A stretch of DNA of 64,000 nt from a virus, in IMG/VR virus record IMGVR_UViG_3300040801_002923, positions 1 to 64,000 of that record; one strand, 5' to 3'. This document shows, piece by piece, positions 1-8,584 of the stretch (its first letter is position 1; each line of letters opens with the position of its first letter). The notes below the pieces were generated by a model. It saw only the letters and a program-made list of their open reading frames with translations, was not told the DNA's origin and searched no databases. The position numbers were made by a program, and so were the translations under genes.

Positions 1-168
1 CATCGTATGGATCGAAGAGTTGGGTTCGTTAGCAAGTGCGCGGGCAAAAACTCGTGCCATATTCTGTGGATGAATGGCGTTGTCCTTATCAACAAGGACA
101 TTACCTAGATCATCTTCAATGTGGAGGTGACCGTGAATCTTCACTGGCATTACGTCGTGCAGCTGCAT
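1..168 (-). CDS. 5' part of a conserved phage structural protein, running off the window edge (MQLHDVMPVKIHGHLHIEDDLGNVLVDKDNAIHPQNMARVFARALAN...)
   Basis: Not in the ORF track. ATG at 168 with AGGAG Shine-Dalgarno (SD) and TAAATA upstream (192-197); frame is open to base 1. The GHxxIxD..G.VLVDKxNAIH pattern resembles jumbo-phage baseplate-region proteins. Confidence 0.7.
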   Translation of the reverse strand, partial: MQLHDVMPVKIHGHLHIEDDLGNVLVDKDNAIHPQNMARVFARALANEPNSSIHTM

Positions 169-194
169 TTACAAACTCCTGTTTATTCTACTAT

Positions 195-974
195 TTATGC
201 GAGTTTCTCTTGTTGACTGAATTGGTACCCGTACTTATTGATTATACCACCATCCTTAGCTGCAACCAACGCTGCTAGTTCGAAGTCGTAATGATCCTGA
301 TACGGAAACTTATCTTTACGCACACGCTCTGCCTGACCTTCTGTTGCATAGGTTATGTATTCTGGAGTCAGATCAACGTGCTTACCCACCAACCTTAAGA
401 AATCAGTTGTGAACTTCTCCATCTTCCCGATCGCGATTGAATCAGCTGGCTGCGGCTTAAAAATCCCGTACAGTACACTTCTAAACCACCAGGTGAAGTA
501 TCCTGCGCCGAACTCTCTAGCATAGCGCGTATAATTGTAAGGACACATGAACGACCGCTGTAGCGTTATTTGATCAACACGACTGTACATCGCTTCCATC
601 CGCTTGATTCTCCTAGTACTACCATCTGTACCATCGTCGATGGTAAGGAGACGCTTTATCGTATCGGTAAAGTAATGAGGAGTGCTAGGATCGAGTCCTT
701 CCGTGAACACAACACGTGTTGGTTGATCGCCAATGTGCATGCTCCAACTCAACCACGAAACATACCATGCCCATGGGTTACGCACGAAGCCGATTCTCGG
801 TAAATCAGCATATTGTTCCGGAAGAAACTGAATGTGCTTGTGGTATGTGTTTTCAAAACGCTTGAGATGCAAGCCGTATGCTCCACGCGACATGGCAGGA
901 AGCAGCTTTCGCATGACTGTTGTTCCAGCTGTTTTGGGGACATGAAGAAACACGAATTTATCTGTGACGTACAT
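195..974 (-). CDS. Sulfotransferase-family protein (Sulfotransfer_2-like)
   Basis: 5'-PSB motif FVFLHVPKTAGTT and 3'-PB motif FVRNPWAWYVSW. Start moved to ATG 974, 5 nt after TAAATA; the longer ORF start lies inside a terminator. Confidence 0.8.
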   Translation of the reverse strand: MYVTDKFVFLHVPKTAGTTVMRKLLPAMSRGAYGLHLKRFENTYHKHIQFLPEQYADLPRIGFVRNPWAWYVSWLSWSMHIGDQPTRVVFTEGLDPSTPHYFTDTIKRLLTIDDGTDGSTRRIKRMEAMYSRVDQITLQRSFMCPYNYTRYAREFGAGYFTWWFRSVLYGIFKPQPADSIAIGKMEKFTTDFLRLVGKHVDLTPEYITYATEGQAERVRKDKFPYQDHYDFELAALVAAKDGGIINKYGYQFSQQEKLA

Positions 975-991
975 AGCTTTATTTAGCGCAA

Positions 992-1022
992 ACGAAAAGG
1001 GGGCCAAAGGCCCCCTTTTCGT
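992..1022. terminator. Intrinsic terminator, potentially bidirectional
   Basis: ACGAAAAGGGGGCC-AAA-GGCCCCCTTTTCGT: perfect 14-bp inverted repeat with A/T tails, just after the tail fibre gene stop. Confidence 0.85.
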
Positions 1023-1041
1023 ATCTTACTCAGGCTATCGA

Positions 1042-4000
1042 TTAGACGCCTGGAACACCCGTCACAATTGCAGTGATGTTTGCCGAGGAGCTCAACGTCA
1101 CTGTTACTGTGTTAGCATCTGTGAACGTGATCGACTGTGGAATGATTACCTGGTCGGAAGTGTCCGCAATCGTTACGTTTACGTACTGCTGGTTGAGGTT
1201 GTGAGTGATCGTGTGGCTTGTTCCCGCAACCGCTGTTGTCTCCACGTAGTGGATTTGAACATCACGGAAGTCATTGTTGCCACCGTCCCAGACGAGAACG
1301 TCGCCTGCTGCCGACGCGCCGCTTAGCGTCACATCGTTCAGATCGCCAACCGAAGCGTTCAGGCTTACCGTTACCGTATCTGTTGCACCAGCAACGGTGT
1401 CAATGCCTGTGCCACCTGCGATCGTAACCGTGTCGACGCCCGTGGTGATCGTCTGAGGCGTACCTGTGTCGCCTGCGACATCAAACGTTGCTGTTACGCC
1501 TGTCAGGCCACCCTGCGTGTTGAGCATGGTAACCATCTGTGCTGGCGTGAAGTTGCGCCATGATTCAGTAGTCGTATCCCAACGTGCAAACACTGCGGTT
1601 GCGCCTTCTGCGCCTGACCAGGCAGCCCCTGTGTACGCATAGTGATCAGCTGCTGTTGGCGCAAAGTAGCTTCGGTTCGCTTCCCACTCATGGAATGCAC
1701 CCAAGCCAGAAGCATTTAGCAGAGAATCGGACCATGCAGACGTCCACTGACCATACTCATCATCAGCACCAGGTGTGCCCGTTGCTGCACTTGTGTCCCA
1801 CACGAGGATTTGTGCACCGCGATGGAGACCTGGCGTAACCAACCCTGCCGAGAACGGCGTTGGGTTAACATTGTATGGTACAAGGTTACCATCGGATGGA
1901 CGAACGAACCAGTCGTCGTATGCTGCGCCGATCAGGTCACGCGTGCTAACTGGTGCAGTAAACTCACCGCCGCCGTATGGTGCCAAATCACCACTAACAT
2001 CGTTGAGATCAGAAAGTACAGCATTCAAATCAATGTCGATTGTGGATGTGCCAACTGTACCAGCAACTGTCAGTGTTGTGGAGTTGATGTTCAGCGTGTC
2101 TGTCGTACCTGTGAGGACAATGTCGTCACCGGTGATTGGAGAGAACGTGAACGAAACGCTTTCCTGAACACCTACTGGGTTCAGTTCAACGAAGCCAGAC
2201 GTGACCGAGAAATCGGTGCCGAAGAACTCGGCAACACCAAGCGTACCCGCACCCTGCGATGCAGCTGTCGTTGCTGTTGCGACATCGATCTGAACATTGT
2301 TCGTTGTGACCGTTGTGCTGATAGCGTTTGCACCTGCGAACGTAATCGTCTCACCTGGCAGGACTGTTGCGTCGGATCCTGTGTCACCAGCAAATGTCGT
2401 TGCTGCAACAGACAGGCCACCTGCGCCCTGGACAAGGGATGCGTTGCTGTCTAGAAGTAGATGCAGCTGTGCACCCGTTCCTGATGTGCGAGCCGTTCCA
2501 TCTGTCGTGAGGATCAGAGCACCTGTTGCGGCATCGAACAGATCGATACCAACTTCGTCAGATGGTAGATCAACGATACCAGCACCAAGGTTGACGTTGA
2601 GTGTTGTGCCGGTTAGAGACAGACCAACGCCAGCGTTGATTGCGCCGGAACCGGAGAACTGCACCCAATCGATATCGTCTGTGCCAACAACGAACGTTGT
2701 TGGGTTATCGACAGATGCTGCCCAACCCGTGTTACCGTATGTTGTACCCTGCTGGACAAATACGAACGCAGAAGGAATCTCATCTGCTTCATCGCATGTG
2801 CCGCAACGTGTTAGTACCCATGGTGTACCAGCGGAACCGAGGTCAGAGATGAAGTAACGACCGTTCTCGAATGCGTTAGTCTGGTCCTTAACAAGAATGC
2901 CGTCGTTGAGAGCAAACCCTGTTGTTACACCGTCGAGGCCTGGCCATGCACCGTTTGCGGATGCTGTCAAAGTTGCACCAACACCGGAAGTTCCGTTGTC
3001 GTACGTTGCAGCAAGGTTAGCTGTCGTTGCTACTTTAACCGCAGCCTTAACGGACAGACCTGTTGCAATGTTGTCAACGTAAGCCTTGTTTACCGCATCA
3101 GCACCCGAAACCGGATCGCCAACGTTAACGATCAGGTTGGAATCCATGTTGAGGTTGCCAGACATCGTGTCGCCAGCTTTCTCAACCCAGATGTCGCCCG
3201 CACCGCCCGCGATCAGACCAAGGTTAGAACGTGCACCAGCTGGATCAACGTTGTGCCACTCGGGCGCAAGAGCCGTCAGGTTGTTGGTTCCTGGCGTCAG
3301 TGTGAAGCCCGTACCCACTCCAGACGTGGAAGCCTGGCTGCGTGTTACAGAATCACCTGTTGGGAAGTTGCTTGGTGTTGTAACCGTGAACTGTGTGATT
3401 ACACCACCGGAGACAGCATCAACGGTAACAACCGTTCCTGGGTTGGCGGAACCATCATCGTCCAGTACGATTGTGTCTGCCACCACATAGCCTGTACCAC
3501 CCGTGAATGTACCGTTTGAACCAACACCGTCAAAGTTAGTTTCATCCTGAGACGTGATGAACGCGGAGCCTGCCGAGACATACTGCAGCGTGTCGTTGGA
3601 TACTGGTGTAACGAGTGTCGTGTCTGTCAGCAGGTCGAGAGATGTTGCACCAACACCCGCAACGATCTGGTCGTCAACGTACTTCTTGTTAGGAATATCA
3701 TCGTCGTCTGTTACGAGGTTTTCGTAAGCGACGGTGTCGCCAACATTCAGTGTGCCGTTTTCCTCAACGTTCAGGCGAGTGGTGCCGTTCGTAACGAGCG
3801 ACAGCTGGTTAGCGAGTGAGCGGAACATACCTGTGTCAGGATCGACCGAGAACGAGAACGCTGGGTTAGCGGCAGAACCAGCTGGAGCCAGGATTTCCTG
3901 GGAAGCTGTGATTTCTGTTGCTGTGAGTGTCAGCAGCGCTGTACCACCTGCGGAGAGCACGAGCTCGTTAGCAACCGCTGCCGACATACCTGTATCAGTG

Positions 4001-5391
4001 TCACCTGTGAATGTAACAGACGGTAGAGCAGCTGTACCAAGCTCAGCCTGAATAACAGCGCTATTAGACATGACGAGATCACCCGTCATTGTGTCGCCTG
4101 CTTTCTCAACCCAGATGTCACCAACACCACCTGCGTTCAGGCCAAGTGCTGTGCGTGCTTCTGCAGGCGTAAAGTCTTGCCACTCGCCTGGCGTTGTGTT
4201 GTAAACGAGGAAGTTGTTGTTTGTTGGAGATGGTGTGTTTACATCACCGATTTCGTCTAGGTTGTTGATCGAAGCAGCTGCGATAGCGTTGTCAACGTAT
4301 AGCTTGTTAGGAATCGCATAATCTTCGCCGTTTGCAACATTGGTCTCGTACGTAAGTGCGTCCCAGATTCCGTTTCCGTTAGGATCGTTGTGCGCAAGGT
4401 AACCCGTTTCGCCACCAAATGCGCCGAAGATTACACCACCGTTGGCATCCTTGAAGCCCATGCCAACAGCTTCGCCTCCACCAAGGAAGTCGGAACCGTA
4501 GAATACACCTGCCGCATTGCCGGAAGAGTTACCAAATGATAGACCTGGTTGACCGTCTGCATTGGACAGCGGACCAACAATTTGACCACCATCGCCCGCG
4601 ACGACATAGCCATTAACACCAACGCCACCTACCTGGAGAATGTGGTCACCAAGAACGTCACCCCAGAAGTTGCCACCAGTATTACCGATACTAACACCGA
4701 TGGCGTTAGGACCGAGTTGGTAGAAACCTGTGTCTGTGTCGCCGCCAAAGTGGATAGCCGGATCCGCTGCTGTACCAGCCTTAGCTGCAATATCCTCGCT
4801 GAATGTAGCGACGGCAGAGAATGTCTTTGCACCGGAAATCGTTTGTGTGCCTGCTAGCGTGACAAGCCCAGCTGCGTTTGGCGTAGCGTTAACGAATGTG
4901 GAACCATCAGCGGAATAAAGAACGTCGCCAGCAGCAAGACCAGCAAGTGTGACGTCTGTTAGTTCACCAAGCGTATCAACACCTGCAGCGTTTGTGATGG
5001 CCGCGTCAAGTTGTGTTAGAGCATCAACGAGAGTATCGCCGCCCGTTAGGCCTGTAACATTTGATAGAGCGTTAAGAGTAGATGCGTTAAAGGTACCGTC
5101 AGTATTGACGTATCCCATCGACGCCTGTGTGTCATCTAGCTCTGCCTGGATACCAGCGGCACCACCGCCCGTTCCTACTTCCTGCCACGTCGTACCGTTG
5201 TAGAAGTAGAAAGCGTTGTCGTCTGTGTTGTAGACAAGACGACCGGCGCCTGCTGCCCCGGTTGCTGCACCACCGTTAAGTGGTAGACTTACACCACCTA
5301 CGCCGCCAGCTACGCGCTCGAAGAAAGCATTCTTGATAGAGTTAGCTGCTCCATCGATCGCAAAAAATTCTAAATCACCATTGATTCTCAT
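1042..5391 (-). CDS. Large tail fibre / virion fibre protein (1449 aa)
   Basis: G/T/A/D-rich. Fibre motifs GDTMTGDL, LDELTDV-type repeats, DAVNKAYVD, PxxxFxxDxDTG repeats and VKVATTANL...ILVKDQT...ENG. SD AGGAG; TAAATA at 5483-5488. Confidence 0.8.
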   Translation of the reverse strand: MRINGDLEFFAIDGAANSIKNAFFERVAGGVGGVSLPLNGGAATGAAGAGRLVYNTDDNAFYFYNGTTWQEVGTGGGAAGIQAELDDTQASMGYVNTDGTFNASTLNALSNVTGLTGGDTLVDALTQLDAAITNAAGVDTLGELTDVTLAGLAAGDVLYSADGSTFVNATPNAAGLVTLAGTQTISGAKTFSAVATFSEDIAAKAGTAADPAIHFGGDTDTGFYQLGPNAIGVSIGNTGGNFWGDVLGDHILQVGGVGVNGYVVAGDGGQIVGPLSNADGQPGLSFGNSSGNAAGVFYGSDFLGGGEAVGMGFKDANGGVIFGAFGGETGYLAHNDPNGNGIWDALTYETNVANGEDYAIPNKLYVDNAIAAASINNLDEIGDVNTPSPTNNNFLVYNTTPGEWQDFTPAEARTALGLNAGGVGDIWVEKAGDTMTGDLVMSNSAVIQAELGTAALPSVTFTGDTDTGMSAAVANELVLSAGGTALLTLTATEITASQEILAPAGSAANPAFSFSVDPDTGMFRSLANQLSLVTNGTTRLNVEENGTLNVGDTVAYENLVTDDDDIPNKKYVDDQIVAGVGATSLDLLTDTTLVTPVSNDTLQYVSAGSAFITSQDETNFDGVGSNGTFTGGTGYVVADTIVLDDDGSANPGTVVTVDAVSGGVITQFTVTTPSNFPTGDSVTRSQASTSGVGTGFTLTPGTNNLTALAPEWHNVDPAGARSNLGLIAGGAGDIWVEKAGDTMSGNLNMDSNLIVNVGDPVSGADAVNKAYVDNIATGLSVKAAVKVATTANLAATYDNGTSGVGATLTASANGAWPGLDGVTTGFALNDGILVKDQTNAFENGRYFISDLGSAGTPWVLTRCGTCDEADEIPSAFVFVQQGTTYGNTGWAASVDNPTTFVVGTDDIDWVQFSGSGAINAGVGLSLTGTTLNVNLGAGIVDLPSDEVGIDLFDAATGALILTTDGTARTSGTGAQLHLLLDSNASLVQGAGGLSVAATTFAGDTGSDATVLPGETITFAGANAISTTVTTNNVQIDVATATTAASQGAGTLGVAEFFGTDFSVTSGFVELNPVGVQESVSFTFSPITGDDIVLTGTTDTLNINSTTLTVAGTVGTSTIDIDLNAVLSDLNDVSGDLAPYGGGEFTAPVSTRDLIGAAYDDWFVRPSDGNLVPYNVNPTPFSAGLVTPGLHRGAQILVWDTSAATGTPGADDEYGQWTSAWSDSLLNASGLGAFHEWEANRSYFAPTAADHYAYTGAAWSGAEGATAVFARWDTTTESWRNFTPAQMVTMLNTQGGLTGVTATFDVAGDTGTPQTITTGVDTVTIAGGTGIDTVAGATDTVTVSLNASVGDLNDVTLSGASAAGDVLVWDGGNNDFRDVQIHYVETTAVAGTSHTITHNLNQQYVNVTIADTSDQVIIPQSITFTDANTVTVTLSSSANITAIVTGVPGV

Positions 5392-5521
5392 TGGTAACTC
5401 CTTTGATCAAAGTTGTTGTCGTTTGTTCGTAAAACTCGAGTTTATATGTAGCCCGGCGGCTGTATTGATATCTGTTGATTGGTATTTATGGGGTGATGTA
5501 ATTTTTGGGTGAACCGCGCGA

Positions 5522-5755
5522 TTACGCGGCCGGGATTCTGCGAACGCTGGTTGTTAGTTGACGAATAGTATTGTTGAAAGCAACAGGCTCGACGCGTGCA
5601 TTACCGAGGTCGTAGTCATTAACGGCTTCGTCCGTCACGCTGCTAAACACGAACGTTCCTTTGTTGCCATCTTTTGTGATTTCTGTCAGGGTGAAACCAG
5701 ACAGACGGAGGTAGGAAGCAAGTACAATATCGCTAGTCTTGAATACTGGTGTCAC
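5522..5755 (-). CDS. Small protein, DUF5659-like
   Basis: Pattern FKTSDIVLASYLRLSGF...KGTFVF recalls DUF5659 proteins; contiguous with the upstream genes. Confidence 0.55.
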   Translation of the reverse strand: MTPVFKTSDIVLASYLRLSGFTLTEITKDGNKGTFVFSSVTDEAVNDYDLGNARVEPVAFNNTIRQLTTSVRRIPAA

Positions 5756-5764
5756 TCGTAATCC

Positions 5765-6091
5765 TTACGACGCATCAAAGAAGATAATGTGTGCGCGTCC
5801 TGTTGTTGGTGTACCAAAAGTAATCTCGACAGTATTTATATCGATGATCGAGATTTCGTCAGGAATAACAACGTCATTAGTTGCCGTAAACACCTGAACG
5901 AGCAGAAGATCTGAACCCTGACCGTGCGTGATTGTCCATACGTCCGTTGCTAGACCTTGGATGTGTAGGTATCCAGCTGCCCCGTCACCGCCACCGCCGC
6001 CAGGCGGCGCGCCGCCGCCAATCCCCGGATTGCGTGTTGCAACAAGCTCGCCTGTATCTTTATCAATGTGAAGTGGTACTAGGTTAGCCAT
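5765..6091 (-). CDS. Small beta-rich virion protein, homologous to the tail fibre C-terminal domain
   Basis: WTITHGQG...VQVF..NDVVIPDEISIIDINTVEITF matches the fibre C-terminus HTITHNLN...DQVIIPQSITFTDANTVTVTL. Confidence 0.65.
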   Translation of the reverse strand: MANLVPLHIDKDTGELVATRNPGIGGGAPPGGGGGDGAAGYLHIQGLATDVWTITHGQGSDLLLVQVFTATNDVVIPDEISIIDINTVEITFGTPTTGRAHIIFFDAS

Positions 6092-6095
6092 GCGT

Positions 6096-7064
6096 TCATC
6101 CCTGGTATCGAATCAACGACTTAACGTCAACGTAAATTGAATTTCTTGTAACAACTTCACCAACTTGCTGAATGGAAAACTGTTGCGGTGGAATTGTTGT
6201 GAGGTTTCCTGTGGTACCGACAAATACCGGATCACCTGGCTCAGCGTTTCCGAAGTCAATAGAAGATGAAGTAAAAAAGCCACTGGTGATAATACGAACC
6301 ACCTCACCCGGAACAGCATCTTCGTTAATGAGGCCCACGGCAGGAGCGCTTGGAACAGAGTTAGACGCTAGACCAATTTGACGAGGTCCCTTGATTGCTA
6401 CGGCGTGCCACGCGGGCACGTTTTCAATAGCTTCGGCACGCGAGAGCAAACCTTCGATCTGGAATTCAGCAGAGCCGCTAAATTGCGTAGCTAGCGCGCT
6501 GGCCGTTGTCAAGAAGCGCCGTTGGCGTAGAGGTCCCTGGCGCTGTACAGCTAGGTCATTCTCATCGAAGACGATGAAACCAGATTCTGTTGGCGTCCAC
6601 AGACCTGCCTGAGAACCGATAGCGTATGCTTGTGGATTCGACGTAGACCCTGACGGTAGGAGTGCTGTGAACACTCTTAGTACACGAACCCATCTATTGT
6701 TGGTGCGAACCTTTTGAACGTTTTCGTTTCTATCAAACCAATGCTGACCCTCAACGGCCGGTGGAGGGTTGAAACTGACAACAGGTTCGATCGTTGTTTG
6801 ACCAAATGTGCGAACACCCGTCTGTGTGTCGATGTCGATGTATAGCCAGTAGTTTGTTCCATTGATGAATGGCCCTGGCCACGCTGCGGGAACCGTCTGA
6901 CGCTCTTCAATTGTGTAATCTTCTGTACCGTCAGCGAACGTCGCTATGGTTGGATCAGGTGAAACAACCAGATCGATATCACCGTTGGATCCTCGAATGA
7001 ACGTCGGAGTTCCTGCTGTATCGGTTTGATATCGTACTAGGCCTTGTCGAAAATCTATGCGCAT
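6096..7064 (-). CDS. Putative structural protein (322 aa)
   Basis: Long ORF after TAAATA (7089-7094). PPxxxGQHWFD repeat unit; C-terminal AVGL..EDA..GE.V...GDPVFVGTTG segment resembles capsid-decoration/fibre domains. Confidence 0.6.
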   Translation of the reverse strand: MRIDFRQGLVRYQTDTAGTPTFIRGSNGDIDLVVSPDPTIATFADGTEDYTIEERQTVPAAWPGPFINGTNYWLYIDIDTQTGVRTFGQTTIEPVVSFNPPPAVEGQHWFDRNENVQKVRTNNRWVRVLRVFTALLPSGSTSNPQAYAIGSQAGLWTPTESGFIVFDENDLAVQRQGPLRQRRFLTTASALATQFSGSAEFQIEGLLSRAEAIENVPAWHAVAIKGPRQIGLASNSVPSAPAVGLINEDAVPGEVVRIITSGFFTSSSIDFGNAEPGDPVFVGTTGNLTTIPPQQFSIQQVGEVVTRNSIYVDVKSLIRYQG

Positions 7065-7108
7065 AGTGAGTCCCTTCGGTCTTTATCCTATTTATTCGTG
7101 GGTCAAAG

Positions 7109-8584
7109 TTAGGAAGGGACGATCCAGCCGGTACGACTCGTTAAAGGAACGTTTGCCACTCCAATAATTGTTCTATTGGTAACTGGGTTAAACGTGGCAC
7201 TAGTGGCCGTATAAGATCCATTATTTCCATCAACCAACGGATCACCAACGTTCTGCGCGCGTGGAACTAGTGCGAATCCAGTACCGCCGCCTGACGTAGC
7301 TTGTTGTTCAACTGACGTATAGACCGACACACCATCACCAGCGCTGGTGATGGTGAATTCCGTTACCTCACCAGCGTTGACAGCGTCCACAGTGATTACA
7401 GCTCCAGATCCCCCCTCACCTGTGTTGTTCAGAGTGATTGTGTCAGATACAGCATACCCACTGCCGCCAGTGAAAAAATTGAGAAGAATGGGTGAACTCA
7501 CATTTGTTGTTGCCCCCGGGGGGAGAGGAGGGCTGAGTGGTACCTCAAACTCGTCAATGTAAGCGCTCTGATCTTGGAGTTGCAGAGGCGTTGGCGCATG
7601 AATGACATTAAATGCTTGACCGTTGATGAAGGTTGCGTTACCTTCAACGGTAAACGTATTTCCGATACTGTCGGCCTCTAGTATGAAGTATTGGAACAAC
7701 TCTGTTGTATTAGTCTGATCGAATGTACGAATGCTTAGTTTGTCTAGTACCGCAGGTCGAACAACTGTTGGATCGCCAGTGTTACAGAACGTTGGCTCAT
7801 CATAACCATATCCTGCCGTCAACAATTCCGCTGGTGCCGCAAGCGTTTCATCCGCTGTGATGATGGTCGTCGTAAGCAATAGCACTTCTGTACCAGACAA
7901 CTGCTGCGAAAGAATGATACGGTACTGGTTGTTTACCGAAGCTGGTGCGTCTCGAATCTCGAGAGCTAGACCCGAAATAAAGTATTCTGCGAGCGGCGGA
8001 TTTGCGGCGATTCCTTGTCGAATCACAATCGTGTTGCTGGACTCCGTCAGTTCGACTTCGTACCCATCCGTCAATCTGTAGAGCGCGTATGCTTCTCCAG
8101 CTGTGTTCGTGTTGTCTACAGGAGGTGCGTTGGGAATCCATAGCACCGGTGCAAACGGATCAACCGTGACAGCTGTGCGATCCGTCACCGCATCGTATAC
8201 GGAAGACTGAACTGTGAGCGTGAGCAGACCCGGTCCACCATCCGGCTCCTGCACTTCGAACACAGCACCATTAATCAGAATTTCTGTCACATCACCACGA
8301 ATGTAAACAACGTTGCCAGAGTTCCAGATTACTTGGAACTGGCCTGGTTGATCCCACAGTTCACCGAAAGCGCGCGGACACAGTTCAACAATCGACTCCA
8401 AGTCTCCTGAATCGTCAGACAGCTTCGTATCGAATACCAGACCAATCTGAAACGCAACCTGTTCCAGCACACTAGCATCAATCTGGTCTTCGTGCACGTA
8501 GTTGACCAGAACATCCAGAATCTTTGTGTGATAAGGCTTCTGCGCTAGAACAAAGTCTAGCAAACCCTGGATTGGATTAGCCAT
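7109..8584 (-). CDS. Putative baseplate-associated structural protein (491 aa)
   Basis: Overlaps the stop of the giant gene. N-terminal KPYHTKI motif; GGSGY..DTITL beta module. Confidence 0.65.
   Translation of the reverse strand: MANPIQGLLDFVLAQKPYHTKILDVLVNYVHEDQIDASVLEQVAFQIGLVFDTKLSDDSGDLESIVELCPRAFGELWDQPGQFQVIWNSGNVVYIRGDVTEILINGAVFEVQEPDGGPGLLTLTVQSSVYDAVTDRTAVTVDPFAPVLWIPNAPPVDNTNTAGEAYALYRLTDGYEVELTESSNTIVIRQGIAANPPLAEYFISGLALEIRDAPASVNNQYRIILSQQLSGTEVLLLTTTIITADETLAAPAELLTAGYGYDEPTFCNTGDPTVVRPAVLDKLSIRTFDQTNTTELFQYFILEADSIGNTFTVEGNATFINGQAFNVIHAPTPLQLQDQSAYIDEFEVPLSPPLPPGATTNVSSPILLNFFTGGSGYAVSDTITLNNTGEGGSGAVITVDAVNAGEVTEFTITSAGDGVSVYTSVEQQATSGGGTGFALVPRAQNVGDPLVDGNNGSYTATSATFNPVTNRTIIGVANVPLTSRTGWIVPS

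Noticed and set aside
36-278. 80-aa + strand ORF
   Set aside because: It overlaps two better-supported minus-strand genes that have late promoters.
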